DNA of 64,000 nucleotides from Bacteroidaceae bacterium (GTDB lineage Bacteria; Bacteroidota; Bacteroidia; Bacteroidales; Bacteroidaceae): positions 20,553 through 84,552 of the forward strand of contig CAVHYP010000001.1 of NCBI GenBank assembly GCA_963640465.1. The letters are read 5' to 3'. Shown piece after piece: positions 18,271 to 27,284 of this stretch (within the stretch, counting starts at the first letter, position 1; every line of letters starts with the position of its first letter). The notes under the pieces were generated by a model, which worked only from the letters and a program-made list of their open reading frames with translations, had not been told where the DNA came from and made no database searches. Both the position numbers and the translations under genes were made by a program.

Positions 18271-19740
18271 TTACAGTATGGCCTTCACAGCCTCCAGCAT
18301 TCCTAACTTCTGGATTTTGTCGAGGTCTGCCTTCACGAGTTCGGTAAGTCCCGGAATCTTGTTGAGGTCCTCGTGCCATATCATGTCGGCTGCAAGCACT
18401 CCTTCTGCCACTTTCTGTGTGTCGTCTGTTGCCCACAAGTCTTTGAGCAGTTGCATGATTTCAGCATTGTCGTTTGGTGTGATGTCGGCTCCGTCGCTTC
18501 TCTTGCCTCCTTTGTAGTAGGTGATGATGGCAGCCAGTCCGAACACCAGTCCCTGTGGCAGTTCGCCTTTTCTCTCCAGGTAGGTCTTGAGTCCCGGCAG
18601 GTCGCGTGTCTCGTATTTGGGGAAGGAATTGAGCATGATGCTTGTCACCTGGTGGTCAACGTACGGGTTGTTGAAGCGCTCCAGTACGTCGCTGGCAAAC
18701 TTCTGCAGTTCGTCCATCGGCAGGTTGAGTGTCTGCATCAGCTCGTCGAACTGTACTTTGTGGATGTATTTGCCTACAACCGGGTCGTTGCATGCATCGC
18801 GTACAATGTTGATGCCGCTGAGGTAAGCCACTGGGCTGAGCACTGTGTGCGGACCGTTGAGCAGTGTCACTTTCCGCTCGTGGTAGGGCTTCTCTGATTC
18901 GGCAATCAGCACGTTCAGTCCTGCTTTCTCTGCTGGGAACTCTGCCTTGAGATCTTCAATCGACATGTTCTCGGGTTTTTCAATCACCCAGAGGTGGAAT
19001 GCCTCGCCCTGCACCACGAGGTTGTCTTCATAGCAGATCTTTTCCTGGATCTGCTTGATTTCCTTGCGTGGGAATCCTGGCACGATGCGGTCCACCAGTG
19101 TGGCACACACGTAGCAATAGTCGGTGAACCAGGTCTTGAATCCTTCGTAGTCGTTGCCGAAGTCTTCCTTCCACAGTTCAATGTATTTGTAGATGCAGTC
19201 CTTCAGATGGTGTCCGTTTAGGAATATCAGTTCGCATGGCATCAGGATGAGACCCTTGTCAGCAGCGCCTCCGAAGGTCTTGTATCTGCGGAAGAGCAAC
19301 TGTGTGAGTTTGCCCGGGTATGAACTTGCCGGAGCATCGGTGAACTTGCATGAGGGGTCGAACGCAATGCCTGCCTCAGTGGTGTTGGAGATGACGAAGC
19401 GGATGGATGGTTCGTCTGCCAGCGCCATGAATGCTTGGTTCTGTGTATAGGGATTGAGTGCACGGCTTATGACATCAATGCGTGTCAGCGAGTTGACCAC
19501 TTCACCGTTCAGTCGTCCCTGCAGGTTCACGTGATATAGGCAGTCTTGTCCGTTGAGCCAGTCCACCATGCCTTTCTCGATGGGTTGTACCACCACCACG
19601 CTTGAGTTGAAGTCTGTCTTCTGGTTCATGTTGTAGACAATCCAGTCCACAAAACAGCGGAGGAAGTTGCCCTCGCCAAACTGGATGATTCTCTCGGGTG
19701 CCTGACTTTTTGGTGCAGTCAGTCTATTCAATGCTTTCAT
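18271..19740 (-). CDS. uxaB: tagaturonate reductase (altronate oxidoreductase), mannitol dehydrogenase family
   Basis: 489 aa. N-terminus ERIIQFGEGNFLRCFVDW..., with length and layout typical of UxaB. Confidence 0.85.
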   Translation of the reverse strand: MKALNRLTAPKSQAPERIIQFGEGNFLRCFVDWIVYNMNQKTDFNSSVVVVQPIEKGMVDWLNGQDCLYHVNLQGRLNGEVVNSLTRIDVISRALNPYTQNQAFMALADEPSIRFVISNTTEAGIAFDPSCKFTDAPASSYPGKLTQLLFRRYKTFGGAADKGLILMPCELIFLNGHHLKDCIYKYIELWKEDFGNDYEGFKTWFTDYCYVCATLVDRIVPGFPRKEIKQIQEKICYEDNLVVQGEAFHLWVIEKPENMSIEDLKAEFPAEKAGLNVLIAESEKPYHERKVTLLNGPHTVLSPVAYLSGINIVRDACNDPVVGKYIHKVQFDELMQTLNLPMDELQKFASDVLERFNNPYVDHQVTSIMLNSFPKYETRDLPGLKTYLERKGELPQGLVFGLAAIITYYKGGKRSDGADITPNDNAEIMQLLKDLWATDDTQKVAEGVLAADMIWHEDLNKIPGLTELVKADLDKIQKLGMLEAVKAIL

Positions 19741-19776
19741 AACTTTCCTGTTTTATTGTTGTCGAGTTTTAGTCCA

Positions 19777-19784
19777 CAAAATTA
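19777..19784 (-). promoter_or_regulatory. candidate -7 promoter box (TAATTTTG) for uxaB
   Basis: TAnnTTTG on the minus strand, about 36 nt upstream of the ATG. Confidence 0.4.
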
Positions 19785-19862
19785 CAAATAAATTCTCGTA
19801 CCGAAAAATAACTGTTCCGGCAGTCTCGATTATTTATGATAATTTGTAACTTTGCCGTCGAT

Positions 19863-20588
19863 ATGGGAACAGATTCATTTAGATTCAAACAGTTTGAAGT
19901 GCGCCACGACATGTGTGGCATGAAGGTGGGCACCGATGGTGTGCTGCTCGGATCATGGGCAGTTCCTCCTCCGTCTGCCAACATTTTGCGGATACTTGAT
20001 GTCGGTACTGGAAGCGGCTTGATAGCCCTGATGCTTGCACAGCGGTTTGAGCCGGCAACTGTGACAGCCATCGATATCGATCAGGCGGCAGTAGCGCAGG
20101 CGCGGGGCAATGTGGCAGCATCGCCTTTCAGTTCAAGGATAGAGGTTTTGCAATGCGACTTCCGGAGTTTTTCATGCCCGGCACAGCAACAGGGCTACGA
20201 CCTTGTGGTCAGCAATCCGCCGTTCTATGTGGAGGACACGTTCTGTCCCGACTCCCGGAAGAACACCGCCAAGCATGCCTCGTCGTTGCCTTTCCGCCAA
20301 CTCATCAGTGGGGCAGCCCGTGTGATGGGGAAGGGCGGTATGCTCTCCGTCATCGTTCCCTATTCCGTTGCAAACGACTTCATTGGATTGGCAGCCCTCA
20401 GTGAACTCTATCTGCAGCGTCGGTGCGATGTGAGAAGCAGCACACGCAAACCGTTCAAGCGCTCGCTGTTGTCGTTCAGTACCATTGTTGGTGCCGCCGA
20501 GCAGACTTTACTCACCCTGCGCGATGCCAACAACCAGTACACCGAAGCCTATCGCAGTCTGACAGGTGAATTCTATCTAAGCATGTAA
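19863..20588 (+). CDS. tRNA (adenine37-N6)-methyltransferase, YfiC/TrmN6-like
   Basis: ORF 19836..20588. Motifs: FRFKQFEVRHDMCGMKVGTDGVLLG, SAM motif DVGTGSGLIAL, and catalytic NPPFY. A TAACTTTG box at 19847-19854 inside the longer ORF favours the ATG at 19863, but 19836 is not excluded. Confidence 0.8.
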   Translation: MGTDSFRFKQFEVRHDMCGMKVGTDGVLLGSWAVPPPSANILRILDVGTGSGLIALMLAQRFEPATVTAIDIDQAAVAQARGNVAASPFSSRIEVLQCDFRSFSCPAQQQGYDLVVSNPPFYVEDTFCPDSRKNTAKHASSLPFRQLISGAARVMGKGGMLSVIVPYSVANDFIGLAALSELYLQRRCDVRSSTRKPFKRSLLSFSTIVGAAEQTLLTLRDANNQYTEAYRSLTGEFYLSM

Positions 20589-20677
20589 TAAGAGACAGAG
20601 GGGTAGGATCTTGCATAAATGTTTTGTTTTTAATGTTTTAGTTAGCCGGATTGGTGGACTGAATTGAGTGCTGAATA

Positions 20678-21381
20678 GGAGCCAGCTCTCTCCGAGAGCG
20701 CAGGCGATGACGTTCGAGCGCCAGCTCGCAATGTTTGCAACGCGTTTGTGTACAAGCCCATTTATTACACAGGAAACGACTACTATCCCAACGTTTACAG
20801 GATAAAAGGTTTCAAACTCGATGTGGAATGAAAAGCCTACGCTTCGTTTGTCCGAAAGACTGATCCGACAAAAACGAGGAAGTACGCTCCGTCTGAATCC
20901 AGTCAGTTGCTGTGGACGATATGCAATCGGCATGGCTGTAAATTCCGTCAAAATAAATGGATGAAGGTATTGCGTGCACGCAACAGCTTGCCGGAAATTC
21001 CGGAAATGGTCTTGCACGCAAACAATGGCATTTCCGACTTCTGGTGAAGGCATTGCATGCAAACAATGGCATTTCCGACTTCTGGTGAAGGCATTGCATG
21101 CAAACAATGGCATTTCCGAGTTTCGGGGAAGGCATTGCGTGTAAACAAAGGCATTTCCGACTTCCGGGAGAAGGCTTTGCATGCAAACAATACCTACTTT
21201 TCAATGCGAATGAAGGTTTTGCGTCCACGCAATGGCATATTTCAGAACTAGGAATCAGCTTTTTTCTGAAAGCGTAGGCGATGACACTTGAGCTTCGCTT
21301 GCCATACACCTTATATATAATGTATGTTATACAGCACACGAGCCCACGCTCGCTTTAACGCCCTCGGAGAGGGCTGGTTCC
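20678..21381. mobile_element. 704-bp non-coding segment bounded by 23-bp imperfect inverted repeats (possible MITE-like or structured element)
   Basis: Left end GGAGCCAGCTCTCTCCGAGAGCG (20678-20700). The reverse complement of the right end (21359-21381) reads GGAACCAGCCCTCTCCGAGGGCG, giving 20/23 matches. Each end is also a small hairpin. There is no transposase and I could not identify target-site duplications. Confidence 0.3.
20945..21250. repeat. tandem array of about 7 units x 41 bp (GGCATTTCCGACTTCTGGTGAAGGCATTGCATGCAAACAAT)
   Basis: Well-conserved unit starts at 21027, 21068, 21109 and 21150, an exact 41-bp spacing, with degenerate copies on both sides. Each unit contains two GGCATT half-units about 20.5 bp apart. 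Confidence 0.9.
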
Positions 21382-21512
21382 CAGTGCCGCCCACTTCCTT
21401 GCCCCTCCATCCGGTTGGTAAGTCCTTTCCTTCAGGAGTGTCTTTAGGAGAGACTTCAGTCTATTGGATGAAGCTTTTATGTGGAGAGGCTGTCCGTAGA
21501 GTAATCTCTTTC

Positions 21513-22211
21513 TTACAGCAATATCTGTGTGATGTCTTCGAACTTGCGGAGTTTTACCATTCTTTCGTGTGTGTATTCCTGCAGATGTTCGTATTGCCAC
21601 ATCTGCTTGTAGGGGATGTAGATGCCGTAGCCGCCGAGTTCCACTATGGGATGGATGTCGGACTTGAAGGAGTTGCCTACCATCATGAACTCTGACGGAT
21701 TGACGTGGGTGAGTGCGCATAGGTGAAGGTATTCTTCCCGGGATTTGTCGGAAACGATTTCGAGCGTGTCGAAGTAGGGTGCGAGGCCGGAACGGCGGAA
21801 CTTGTTTTGCTGGATGAGTAGTTCGCCTTTGGTGAAGCAGACTAAGGTGTAGCGGCGGGATGCCTGCAGCCGTTGGAGTGTAGCTGTCACTCCAGGCAGT
21901 GGCGTGGCTGGGTTTTCGAGCAGTTGCATTCCCATGTGCAGTATCTCGCTTATCTGTCGGGATGGAATCTGCTGGCGGCTTATCTCCACTGCGTTTTGGA
22001 TGAGTGATATGATGAATGCTTTGGTGCCGTACCCCATTTCGGGCATGTTGTTGCTCTCGACTTTGAATAGTGAACGCCTGATTTCTTCTTCGCTGGCATA
22101 TTCACTGAGTATGTTGCAGTAGCGGTTCTCGACTTCGGTGAACTGGGTCTGGTTGTCCCACAGTGTGTCGTCGGCATCGAAGGCGATGACTTTTATCTGG
22201 TCGGTCTTCAT
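21513..22211 (-). CDS. HAD-superfamily hydrolase
   Basis: 232 aa. Motif I is VIAFDADDTLW, and the C-terminal half is HAD-like (MVGNSFKSD). Confidence 0.7.
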   Translation of the reverse strand: MKTDQIKVIAFDADDTLWDNQTQFTEVENRYCNILSEYASEEEIRRSLFKVESNNMPEMGYGTKAFIISLIQNAVEISRQQIPSRQISEILHMGMQLLENPATPLPGVTATLQRLQASRRYTLVCFTKGELLIQQNKFRRSGLAPYFDTLEIVSDKSREEYLHLCALTHVNPSEFMMVGNSFKSDIHPIVELGGYGIYIPYKQMWQYEHLQEYTHERMVKLRKFEDITQILL

Positions 22212-23164
22212 GAGTTGTGTCGGAAGTCGAGTAGAGTGTTGATGATGTCGTCGCTACGGTCGGTGTTGCTCAGTAGCAGGTTCTTGTATTTGCCTGTCTT
22301 TGCAAGGTTCTGCAGCAGTGGATAGATGGGCATGTCTTGTGTCCAGAATTTTGTACCGAGAAACACCATGGGACTGGCGAATCCGAATGACAGGTAATGG
22401 TTTTGCACTGCGTCTTGGAATATCTCCTGTATGGTGCCTGCGCTGCCTGGCGAATAGATGATGCCTCCGAAGGCATAGGTGAGGATGTTGTCTTCGCGGA
22501 TGGAGTTGTCGAAGTATTTGGCAATGTGTGTGGCAAAAGGGGTGGATGGCTCGTGACCGTAGAGCCATGTGGGGATAGACAGGCTCTTGTAGCGTGTCTG
22601 CGGATAGTCGCGTATGACATCGAAGGCTGTGCGCAGCCATGCCTCATCGTTGAAGTCGGGTGCACTGCCGAGCCGGTGTACCACTGCGTTCACGTCTGCC
22701 TGGCTGTATCCTGCCATCCATGCTCCGAGGTGTGTGGCTTCCATGGCTCCCGGACCTCCTCCGCTTATCATGAGGAATCCTTCTTCAGTGAGCCGTTTGC
22801 TTACATGCACAATCTCCTTGTAAAGAACATCGGTGCGCAAAAGGGCATGTCCGCCCATGATGCCTACTACGCTCTTGGGGTCGAAGTCGGCAAGGAAGGT
22901 GTCGAGTGCCCTGCCGATGCCATAGTCGTGAAGACATCGTGCCAGTGTCTCCTTGGCACTGTAGGCGTGCTTGCCTGTCTTGATATAGTAGTTGTAGACG
23001 TTGCTGTCGTAGCATTCCTCTTTTGTCTCCGGACTCTTGGAGTCGTATCCTTGATAGAGTGTGTCGGCATTGTAGAGGTCTTTCCTTGTCACGTCGTAGG
23101 GCACGAATTCAAGATATTCTCCCAGGGCTTTTATGCCTTCGATGCTGATGTCGTTCGTTATCAT
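22208..23164 (-). CDS. LOG-family protein (lysine-decarboxylase-like nucleotide phosphoribohydrolase fold), long form
   Basis: 318 aa. Motifs ISGGGPGAMEATHLGAW and YSPGSAGTIQEIFQ. There is a 4-nt overlap with the downstream HAD gene. Confidence 0.65.
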   Translation of the reverse strand: MITNDISIEGIKALGEYLEFVPYDVTRKDLYNADTLYQGYDSKSPETKEECYDSNVYNYYIKTGKHAYSAKETLARCLHDYGIGRALDTFLADFDPKSVVGIMGGHALLRTDVLYKEIVHVSKRLTEEGFLMISGGGPGAMEATHLGAWMAGYSQADVNAVVHRLGSAPDFNDEAWLRTAFDVIRDYPQTRYKSLSIPTWLYGHEPSTPFATHIAKYFDNSIREDNILTYAFGGIIYSPGSAGTIQEIFQDAVQNHYLSFGFASPMVFLGTKFWTQDMPIYPLLQNLAKTGKYKNLLLSNTDRSDDIINTLLDFRHNS

Positions 23165-23195
23165 AAGCCGGTTGATGTAGGTTGGTTGGACATTT

Positions 23196-23266
23196 ATGGG
23201 TTTGGGGTCTGCTCCGTGAATGGTTTTTGGGTTTGTTCCGTGAAATTGATGTTGTTGGGTTATGAA
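23196..23266. repeat. tandem 24-bp units (ATGGGTTTGGGGTCTGCTCCGTGA x2, plus one degenerate copy)
   Basis: Units at 23196-23219 and 23220-23243 share 20/24 identity by eye. A third, weak copy runs to 23266. The array lies between the HAD stop (23276) and the LOG start (23164). Confidence 0.75.
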
Positions 23267-23275
23267 ACCACGCCT

Positions 23276-24037
23276 TTATTGGATGCTGCCCAGACTGTTT
23301 GCCTCATGGATGATGTCGGCAATATGCTTGCTGAGTTCTGTCATTGAATGGAACAACAGGTTTGATCCTTGGCTTGTCAGGGCTGAATCGGGTAGGGGAC
23401 CGGTGTTGACTGCAATGGTGAAGCATCCTGCTGCAACTCCTGCCTGCACTCCCAGTGGGGCATTCTCCACTACCATGGTTTGCTGTGGTGTGAGTCCTCC
23501 TGCTTTCTTCATTCCCATGAGGTAGGGCTCGGGATTGGGCTTGCCTATTTTCACGTCTTTGGCTGCCACCATCCATTCGCTGCGGAACAGTCCGGGGAAG
23601 TTTTGCTCTATGCGCGACAGCAGACTGGCTGTGCCCGAACCGGTGACGATGGTGGGGGTGATGCCTGCGGACTTGGCTGCGGTCACTGTCTCGAGTGCGC
23701 CGTCCATTCGCTTTGCTTCGGGACAGAGGTTGAAGAGTTCGCTCTTTTTCTTGTAGATCTTTTCGCACTCGGCTGCATCGGCACTTCTGCCCAGTTGTCT
23801 TTGTGTCACTATGTTGATGGTTGATGATCCGGTACGTCCTTCGTGCATGTAGGCTTCGTCCTCGGGCAGGTCGAGCCCGAAGAACTCCATTGCCTTGTGC
23901 CATGAACGTGCATGGTTGGGCATGGAGTTGAACAATACTCCGTCCATGTCGAACATGATGGTCTTCATGCCGAACTGCATGAATCCGTTCTTCTGTGCGA
24001 AGTCTTTCAGTGCTTTCCTTATTTCTTCTATGTCCAT
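23276..24037 (-). CDS. HAD-IA hydrolase (beta-phosphoglucomutase/sugar-phosphatase-like)
   Basis: 253 aa. Motifs IMFDMDGVLFNS and ENAPLGVQAGVAAG. An alternative start at 23968 (MKTIMFDMDG) is possible. Confidence 0.75.
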   Translation of the reverse strand: MDIEEIRKALKDFAQKNGFMQFGMKTIMFDMDGVLFNSMPNHARSWHKAMEFFGLDLPEDEAYMHEGRTGSSTINIVTQRQLGRSADAAECEKIYKKKSELFNLCPEAKRMDGALETVTAAKSAGITPTIVTGSGTASLLSRIEQNFPGLFRSEWMVAAKDVKIGKPNPEPYLMGMKKAGGLTPQQTMVVENAPLGVQAGVAAGCFTIAVNTGPLPDSALTSQGSNLLFHSMTELSKHIADIIHEANSLGSIQ

Positions 24038-24062
24038 TGCTGCGTCTTTGTCTTATTGTATC

Positions 24063-25562
24063 TTACAGTGTCACTCCATTCTTGAAGATGGCAATTTCCT
24101 GATAGTTCTTTTTCTCGTTCCATGTGGGTTCGCCCGATGCAGTGGCAATCACTTTCTTCCGGAATGCTTCTGCCAGTTGGCCCATCGTGGTTCCTTCCAC
24201 CAGTGTGCCTGCATTGAAGTCAATCCATGTGGGTTTGTTCTTGGCAAGTCTGCTGTTGGTGCTTATTTTCATTGTGGGCACAAAGGTGCCGAACGGTGTG
24301 CCGCGTCCGGTGGTGAACAGCACGATGTGGCATCCGGCTGCAGCCAGGGCAGTGCTTGCCACAAGGTCGTTGCCTGGTGCGCTCAGCAGGTTGAGCCCCT
24401 TTGCTTCGAGACGGTCGCCGTAAGCCAACACGCCTTCCACTGCGCTCTTGCCGCATTTCTGTGTGCATCCCAATGCTTTTTCCTCGAGTGTGCTTATTCC
24501 TCCTGCTTTGTTTCCCGGACTTGGGTTTTCTCCCACTGGCTCGCCGTGGCTGAGGAAGTATTCCTTGAAGTCGTTGATGAGTTTCACTGTCTGGCTGAAC
24601 AATTCCTTGTTGCGGCTGCGGTTCATGAGGATGGTTTCTGCGCCGAACATCTCCGGCACTTCGGTTAGGACAGTGGTTCCGCCCTGGCTGACTATGTAGT
24701 CGCTGAACACTCCCAGCAGCGGATTGGCTGTAATGCCCGAGAATCCGTCGCTGCCTCCGCATTTCAGTCCTACCTTGAGCTCTGACAGCGGAATTTCTTC
24801 ACGCTGGTCGTTGCACATAATGCTATACAGTTCTTTCAGGATTCTCATTCCTTCTTGGGTTTCGTCGCCTTCCACTCGTTGGCTTACCATGAAGCGGATG
24901 CGATTCTTGTCGTAGTTGCCCAGCATCTCCTCGAACTTGTCGGGCTGGTTGTTCTCGCAGCCGAGTCCCACTACCAGCACTGCTCCTGCATTGGGGTGGA
25001 GCACGAGGTTGCGCAGTATCTTGCGGGTGTTTTCGTGGTCACCGCTCAGTTGGCTGCATCCGTAGTTGTGGGGAAATGCCACGACTCTTATGCCGTGGTC
25101 GTCTGTTTGTTGGCGGATTGTCTGTGTCATCTCTTCCTTGAGTTGGTTGACAATGCCGTTCACGCATCCCACTGTCGGTACGATCCACAGTTCGTTTCTT
25201 ATGCCCACTTCTCCGTTTTTCCTCCTGTAGCCCATGAAGGTGTCTTGCCTGGACGGAAAGTCTGAGAGGGTGGTGTCGATGGGATTGTAGGTGTATTCGA
25301 GCAGTCCGCCCAGATTGGTCTTTATGTGGTCGTGGCAGATGAAGTCGCCTTTCTTGTGGTCTTCGGTAAGGTGACCGATGGGGTATCCGTACTTGATGAC
25401 GTTGTTTCCTGCCTTCAGGTCGGAGAGCAGAAACTTGTGTCCGGCAGGAATGTCGGCTGCGAGACGGATGTCTTCACCTCCTACGTTCACTGTCTCGCCC
25501 TGATGGAGCGGTTCGATGGCTACTGCCACATTGTCTGCAGGATTTATCCTTATTGTTTTCAT
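24063..25562 (-). CDS. uxaA: altronate dehydratase (UxaA family)
   Basis: 499 aa. N-terminal SAF domain (MKTIRINPADNVAVAI), and length and C-terminal domain typical of UxaA. Confidence 0.9.
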   Translation of the reverse strand: MKTIRINPADNVAVAIEPLHQGETVNVGGEDIRLAADIPAGHKFLLSDLKAGNNVIKYGYPIGHLTEDHKKGDFICHDHIKTNLGGLLEYTYNPIDTTLSDFPSRQDTFMGYRRKNGEVGIRNELWIVPTVGCVNGIVNQLKEEMTQTIRQQTDDHGIRVVAFPHNYGCSQLSGDHENTRKILRNLVLHPNAGAVLVVGLGCENNQPDKFEEMLGNYDKNRIRFMVSQRVEGDETQEGMRILKELYSIMCNDQREEIPLSELKVGLKCGGSDGFSGITANPLLGVFSDYIVSQGGTTVLTEVPEMFGAETILMNRSRNKELFSQTVKLINDFKEYFLSHGEPVGENPSPGNKAGGISTLEEKALGCTQKCGKSAVEGVLAYGDRLEAKGLNLLSAPGNDLVASTALAAAGCHIVLFTTGRGTPFGTFVPTMKISTNSRLAKNKPTWIDFNAGTLVEGTTMGQLAEAFRKKVIATASGEPTWNEKKNYQEIAIFKNGVTL

Positions 25563-25583
25563 TGTCGGTTGTATATGTTGTAT

Positions 25584-26543
25584 TTATGAGTTCCTGAATT
25601 CTTTGGGTGTCATGCCTGTGTGGTGCTTGAAGTATTTTGTGAATATTGACTGGTTGGCAAAGCAGAGTTGGGCACAGATGTCCTTGATACTGCTCCGGCT
25701 GCCCTTGAGCATTGTCTTGGCATCGAGTATGATGTAGTCGTCAATCCATTCGGTGGCATATTTGCCGCTCACTTCGTGGATGACGGTGGAGAGATACTTG
25801 GGGCTGATGTTCAGATAGTCGGCATAGAACAGTACCTTGCGCTGCTGCTTGTAGTAGGTCTGCACTGCCATGAGGAAACGCTTCAGCAGCTCCTGGTGGC
25901 GGCTTCTGTCTTCGTTGCTGTTCTCAATCTGCTGCCTTCTGTAGAACGACTGCAGTCCGTTGTACTTGAACAGGTCGAGGAATGACTTTGCTATTTCTGT
26001 GCGATAGATGAGGTCGGGCTCCATCAGTTTCTTCTTCATCATCTTGTAGATGACGACGGTTTCGTTTATCTCGCTTTCGCTCATCTTGTACAGCGGCGAG
26101 TTCATGACGTTCTGGAATGCAGCCATGCCTACTTTCACGTCTTCTCCGAAGTTCATGAAGAACGGGGCGATTGCCACAACTGCTCCCTTGAAGTCCTGGG
26201 AGAACTCAAGGAGCTGCATGAACGACCCTGTTATGATTGTTGCAATGTTGTTTTTGATAAGGAGATATTCCTGAAGATTGATTCTCAGACGCAACTGCCC
26301 TTCGACGCAGATGAATATGAGGCTCATGCTCAGTTTCACCGGCACGGACTGTATGCCTTCCATGCGGTTGTCGATGGCAGGGTTTTCTGCTGCACTGTCG
26401 GTCCTTATGTCTTCGTCGAAATTGTCGGCAATGAACAGCTTTCCTTCTATCTGCGGAAAGCGTGGGTCGTGGGGAAAATCGGAGAAGTCGATTTCCCTCA
26501 GATTGCAGTCTGGATTCTGGCCTGTGTTTTTTGCTTGGCTCAT
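25584..26543 (-). CDS. AraC-family transcriptional regulator
   Basis: 319 aa. C-terminal double HTH (ADYLNISPKYLSTVIHEVSG..., ICAQLCFANQSIFTKYFKHHTGMTPKEFR). It lies adjacent to uxaA. Confidence 0.85.
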   Translation of the reverse strand: MSQAKNTGQNPDCNLREIDFSDFPHDPRFPQIEGKLFIADNFDEDIRTDSAAENPAIDNRMEGIQSVPVKLSMSLIFICVEGQLRLRINLQEYLLIKNNIATIITGSFMQLLEFSQDFKGAVVAIAPFFMNFGEDVKVGMAAFQNVMNSPLYKMSESEINETVVIYKMMKKKLMEPDLIYRTEIAKSFLDLFKYNGLQSFYRRQQIENSNEDRSRHQELLKRFLMAVQTYYKQQRKVLFYADYLNISPKYLSTVIHEVSGKYATEWIDDYIILDAKTMLKGSRSSIKDICAQLCFANQSIFTKYFKHHTGMTPKEFRNS

Positions 26544-26567
26544 GTCGGTCGTGCTGAATCCGGAGTG

Positions 26568-27188
26568 TTATTTTGAACCTTTCTGTTCTGCTGCCATGCT
26601 CTTGTTGATGGAGTCGATGTAGTCAAGCACTTCTTCCTTGCCCAGCTGCGACGATGAGCTGGTGACGAAGTAGGGTGGCAGTTCTTCCCATTGGTCGGCT
26701 ATCGCATCCATGAATGTCTGGACGTTTGCAGACTGTTTGGTCTTTGTGATTTTGTCTGCCTTTGTGAAGATGAAGGCAAACGGCACTCCGTTTTCTCCAA
26801 GGAAATTGATGAATTCCAGGTCTTTTTTCTGTGGCTCGAGCCTTATGTCGATAAGCAGAAAGAGGCAGGTCAGTTGCTCGCGCTTCAACACATAGCTGCG
26901 AATCATGCGGTTGAGGTTCTCAATCTCGCGTTTGCCTCGCAGGGCGAATCCGTATCCGGGCAAATCTACCAGATACCACGACTCGTTGATGAGGAAATGG
27001 TTGATGAGCATGGTCTTTCCCGGTGTGCTCGATGTCATCGCCAGTTTGCTCCGTCCCGTAAGCATGTTTATTAGGCTCGACTTGCCTACGTTTGACCTTC
27101 CGATGAATGCATATTCGGGAATATTGGTGTCGGGGCACATGTCTACTCGCGGACTGCTTATCTTGAATTCAGCTGATTTTATCTTCAT
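26568..27188 (-). CDS. engB: ribosome-biogenesis GTPase EngB/YsxC/YihA
   Basis: ORF 26568..27266. I prefer the start at 27188 ([12 protein letters not shown]) because a TATCTTTG box sits at 27205-27212, inside the longer ORF. G1 motif [12 protein letters not shown] and G3 motif DLPGYG. Confidence 0.85.
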   Translation of the reverse strand: MKIKSAEFKISSPRVDMCPDTNIPEYAFIGRSNVGKSSLINMLTGRSKLAMTSSTPGKTMLINHFLINESWYLVDLPGYGFALRGKREIENLNRMIRSYVLKREQLTCLFLLIDIRLEPQKKDLEFINFLGENGVPFAFIFTKADKITKTKQSANVQTFMDAIADQWEELPPYFVTSSSSQLGKEEVLDYIDSINKSMAAEQKGSK

Positions 27189-27204
27189 ATAAATTGAATT
27201 TATG

Positions 27205-27212
27205 CAAAGATA
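27205..27212 (-). promoter_or_regulatory. candidate -7 promoter box (TATCTTTG) for engB
   Basis: TAnnTTTG on the minus strand, 16 nt upstream of the ATG at 27188. Confidence 0.4.
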
Positions 27213-27284
27213 AGGAAATATCTCAAGACGGCAAAACAAATGGCATAAAAACCATCGTATCGACATCAGGTTTTCATGTGAATT

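Noticed and set aside
20945-21250. Possible CRISPR array, because of regularly spaced 41-bp repeats
   Set aside because: The units are contiguous, with no unique spacers between them, and they degrade gradually at both ends. No cas genes or leader are present in the window.
20577-21339. Minus-strand ORFs of 201 aa and 175 aa across the repeat element
   Set aside because: Their sequences are periodic translations of the 41-bp array (for example the recurring MPLFACNAFTRSRKCHCLHAMPSPEVGNAIVC). They have Cys/His/Arg-rich composition and no start context, so they are artefacts of the repeat.
20678-21381. Invertible promoter (inverton) flanked by the 23-bp inverted repeats
   Set aside because: I found no TAnnTTTG box inside the segment on either strand and no site-specific recombinase gene in the window. 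It is kept only as a low-confidence alternative within the finding.
22397-23347. 316-aa plus-strand ORF, and similar long antisense ORFs at 39353-40237, 23895-24668, 17316-17939, 43638-44387 and 60354-61004
   Set aside because: Each lies entirely antisense to, or out of frame within, a gene with clear family motifs. They have the V/G/A/C/H- or R/H/P-rich composition typical of shadow frames.
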